In this document: positions 60,750 to 64,000 of the stretch, piece by piece
Position numbering within the stretch: the first letter of the stretch is position 1
Layout: the number at the start of each line of letters is the position of its first letter
Origin: Cycas panzhihuaensis
Taxonomy: Eukaryota; Plantae; Cycadophyta
Direction: 5' to 3'
DNA: 64,000 nucleotides
Assembly: GCA_023213395.1 (NCBI GenBank)
Contig: CM041465.1
Location: 147,629,741 to 147,693,740 of the forward strand
Translations under genes and position numbers: made by a program
Notes under the pieces: generated by a model
What the model saw: the letters and a program-made list of their open reading frames with translations, nothing else
Database searches by the model: none
What the model was told of the DNA's origin: nothing

Positions 60750-63700
60750 TGTTGGAGCAATGGATCTAGGTTTCCCACTCTAACACTTCACAATGGCAAA
60801 CACAAATGGAGACAAGAGCAAGAATGCACTTAAGATACAAAAGGCAAATTTGAGAGCTCAAAAGAGGAGGTGAGATCGCTAATTCATTCCTTTGGATTTC
60901 ACCTTTTATTGATAAGAGAATTTGATTAGGGTTTTTCCACCTAAACAAATTCACATGAAACTCAAGTGAAATTACATAGGTGCACATAAAGTGCATTTCA
61001 CTTAAGTGAGCATTATATCATTACATTAGAATCACTTTTCCTAAGTTATGAAATGACTCTTATTAATCTAATTCTAATGCAAATGACCTTAGGCATTAAC
61101 ACCTTTCGATCCCCCCCTTAATGGTAGAAAGTCATTTTGGCCTATTCTGATCTATTTTATGAGGTCTTGATTTGAGCCTCATTATTAGATTGAAAGAAAA
61201 TTCTATGGACTACGTGACACTTTTGTGAGAAAACCCTCAGGGGAATAAAAACCCTCAGACTTATCTGGACTAACAATTTTGGCTTAGGCAACTCTTTGAA
61301 TGCAACCAGATAGTTAAGTAGTACAATATATTTGCAGCTAAGTCTGCTGAGTCTCCATATACCGTTTCGTCATCCCCCATGCCCTTTCGGGTTTTCACAG
61401 GTTCTGATTTTGAAACTAGTACAACCCTTATCCTTTCGCGCCCTCAAGGGGTTTTCACGAATGGGATAGAGCAGAGACTTACGCAGGTCCTTCCGCGCCC
61501 ATAATGGGTTTTCACGAATAAGATTGAGTATGATGTTGTTGTCATCATCTCCTCCTATGAGTTAGAGATGGAGGCTTGAAGGCTGAGCTACTTTTTGAAC
61601 TGTTCAAACTTTGTCCTTTGCAGTGATTTGGTGAAGATATCGGCCACTTGATCTATTGTTGGGCAGTAATCCAATTAAATCATGTTGTCTTGAACAAGTT
61701 CTCAAATCCTGTGGACTTTTGTACTGACATGTTTGGTATGATCGTGAAATACAAGATTCTTAGCCATGTGGATCACAGACTGATTGTCCACATGAAGGCT
61801 GGTAGGACTTGTTTGGGTGATATTTAATGTCTCCAATAATTTTCTTAGCCATATCACCTCTTTGCTGGTCTTAGAAGCAGCAATATATTCAACTTCGACA
61901 GTTGAGTCTGCAATTATCTTCTATCATCTGGATCTCCATGATATTGGTGCTGTTCCAAGAAACGTTATGTACCCGAACGTGGATCTCCCTGTGTCTTTGT
62001 CTTTAGCAAAGTCCGAGTCTGTGTATGCATATAATTTGAATTCTGAATTGGGTTCATACAATAAACCGTATTTGCAGGTCGTCTTAAGGTACTTCAACAC
62101 CTACACTGTTGCCTGTGAGTGGTCTGCTTAGGATTGGTCATGTAGCGAGCAAGAATGTTGACAGAGTGTGCAATATCATGTCTTGTATTAGTAGTATAGA
62201 TGAGATTACCTAGAAGTTGCCTGTAAAGTCTTGCGTTTGCCTCTCGATCATCGCCATCAGCTATCATTTTGACGTTTGGTTCTATTGGAGTGGCTATTGG
62301 TCGAGCATCTTCCAACCTAAATCTTGTTATAAGATCATTGATGTATTTTTCTTGAGAAAGAAAGACCGGGCTATCTTTTTGAGTAACCTCAATACCCAAG
62401 TAGTATTTCATCAACCCAAGGTCAGATAATTCAAACGTTTTTGCCAAGTCTTCTTTAGTTGATTGATTGCCTGTTCACTGTTACCCGTTATAAGCATGTC
62501 ATCTACAAAGATTAAGACTTTATCTTTTCCACGCTTGATGAATAATGTTGCATCAATATCTTGGTAGTCACAAACCTCATATCCAAGTTGCCTCATTCTC
62601 TCTGACAACTTGGTGAACCAAGCAGAAGGGGCTTGATTAAGGCTGTACAAAGACTTTTTGAGTTTGCACACCTTATGCTCTTGTCTAGCAATCTCATATC
62701 CTGTCTTTACATCGAGCTGGTGAATCTTCTAGCCCTGTTGAGCTGCTAAGGGCACAAGAATTCTTATTGTGGGCTATTTGGTCGTAGGTGCAAAGACCTC
62801 AATGTAGTTGATGCCTTCCTTTTGGGTGAATCCCTTTGTTACCAACCTCGCCTTATGTTTGTCAAGGGTGCCATCAGATTTGTATTTGTTTTTGAACACC
62901 CATTTGTTTCTTACTACCTTCCCTTCCCAAAGGTAGATCTATGAGCTCCCAAGTACCATTTTTGATCAAGGATTGATATTCCTCATTTATTACATTTTTC
63001 CAAGCTGCATGTTTTACAGCTTCTTGGTGAGGCTCTTCATTGCCGGCAAGGTGCAATTCCGTCGGTTCAAGCTTTGTGGGAAGTGTGCTTTGCTCCTTTG
63101 CCTGTAGGGCACCACTTCGAGTGCCAATTTTGCCTACTTCATCAAGTCTTAGATCCTTGTTCAATTGGTAGGCTTCACAAAAACCTTTAGTTGGGAATGA
63201 AGTTTTCATTTCCCCAACTTCTTGGTTTTCGTTTTGATCCTGGAATGGATCATAAGAGATTTGAGGAATGGAGGACGTTGACACTGTTGGAGAAGATGGT
63301 CTCGCCACTGAAGAAGGTGACGAGAGTCATTGTGCAATTCCTTTGCCTTTGTAATCAAGGTTGTTCTCCAAAGAAAGAGCTGGATTAATGTTGATTGGTG
63401 TCGAATACATGTCCTCTGTGGCTTTGTTGTCAGATTCCAGGATTTTGAGTATCTCTTCCTTGCGCCCCCCCCCCCCAAATTTTGGAATCTGCACATCATA
63501 TTCTTGGACATCGTTGTAGTGGTGACTGGGAGCTTTGGAATTAAGCTACAAGAGTTGTTCTTCAGTTTCTGCAAAAACCATGTCCTGTGTAATAATGATC
63601 ATCTTTTGAGTTAGTACAAAGACCTTGTACCCTTTCTTGTTCATTGGATACCCTACCAAGATGCCTTTCAAAGCTTGCAATTGGAGCTTGTTTCTATGCT

Positions 63701-64000
63701 CATCCAAAATGTGAGCATAATAGGTAGAGCCAAATATTTTGAAGTAGTTGACAGTATGGGTCTGTCCTATCCATCTGTCATTTGGGGACCGGTTGAGCTG
63801 AGATGGACTTAATTGCTTAGGTAGTAGACTGTTGTATAGATTACCTTGGCCCAAAGATATGTAGGTACATTTTTATATACAAGCATTGCTCGTGCCATGT
63901 TCATGATGGTTTTGTTCATTCGTTCAACCACTCCATTCTGTTGAGGGGTACCTGCAATTGTTGTTTGATGTTTTATCCCATGCTTGCAGAGAAAGTCTTC
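60750..64000 (-). mobile_element. Ty1/Copia 3' part (INT, RT, RH, 3' UTR, PPT, 3' LTR 60750-61101); runs off the right edge
   Basis: Minus strand: PQQNGVVERMN, KIFGSTYYAH, KARLVTKGFTQKEG, IFVDD, YRQLLGNLIY and YTDSDFA. PPT TAAGGGGGGGATCGAAAGG is followed by the LTR TGTTAATGCC...TCCAACA. Confidence 0.92.

Overview
Plant nuclear DNA from a large, repeat-rich genome (gymnosperm- or fern-like; this is an inference). Roughly 85-90% of the window is nested, mostly decayed LTR retrotransposons. They surround five + strand exons (17233-21144) of a host gene encoding the C-terminal GNAT acetyltransferase domain of the IDM1-like PHD/GNAT family. Three elements are complete, with paired LTRs, a PBS and a 5-bp TSD: Copia 2657-8790 (TATTG), Copia 29740-34909 (ATTAG) and Gypsy 35354-45859 (TATGC). 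The most unusual object is that Gypsy element, whose lineage also has older relics at 9574-~16400 and 46279-~48390. Its features: (1) a PBS matching tRNA-Glu; (2) a Gag with 3-4 zinc knuckles; (3) two extra capsid-like (Retrotrans_gag-type) repeats in frame between protease and RT; (4) a ~60-bp-period hairpin array after integrase; (5) a splice acceptor followed by an accessory ORF that is conserved in the older copy; (6) LTRs saturated with a short motif that differs between the three copies (GTAC(G), GAAYRC, GATTGCAATC). No rRNA, tRNA or CRISPR features were seen. All assignments come from reading motifs by eye; no searches were run.
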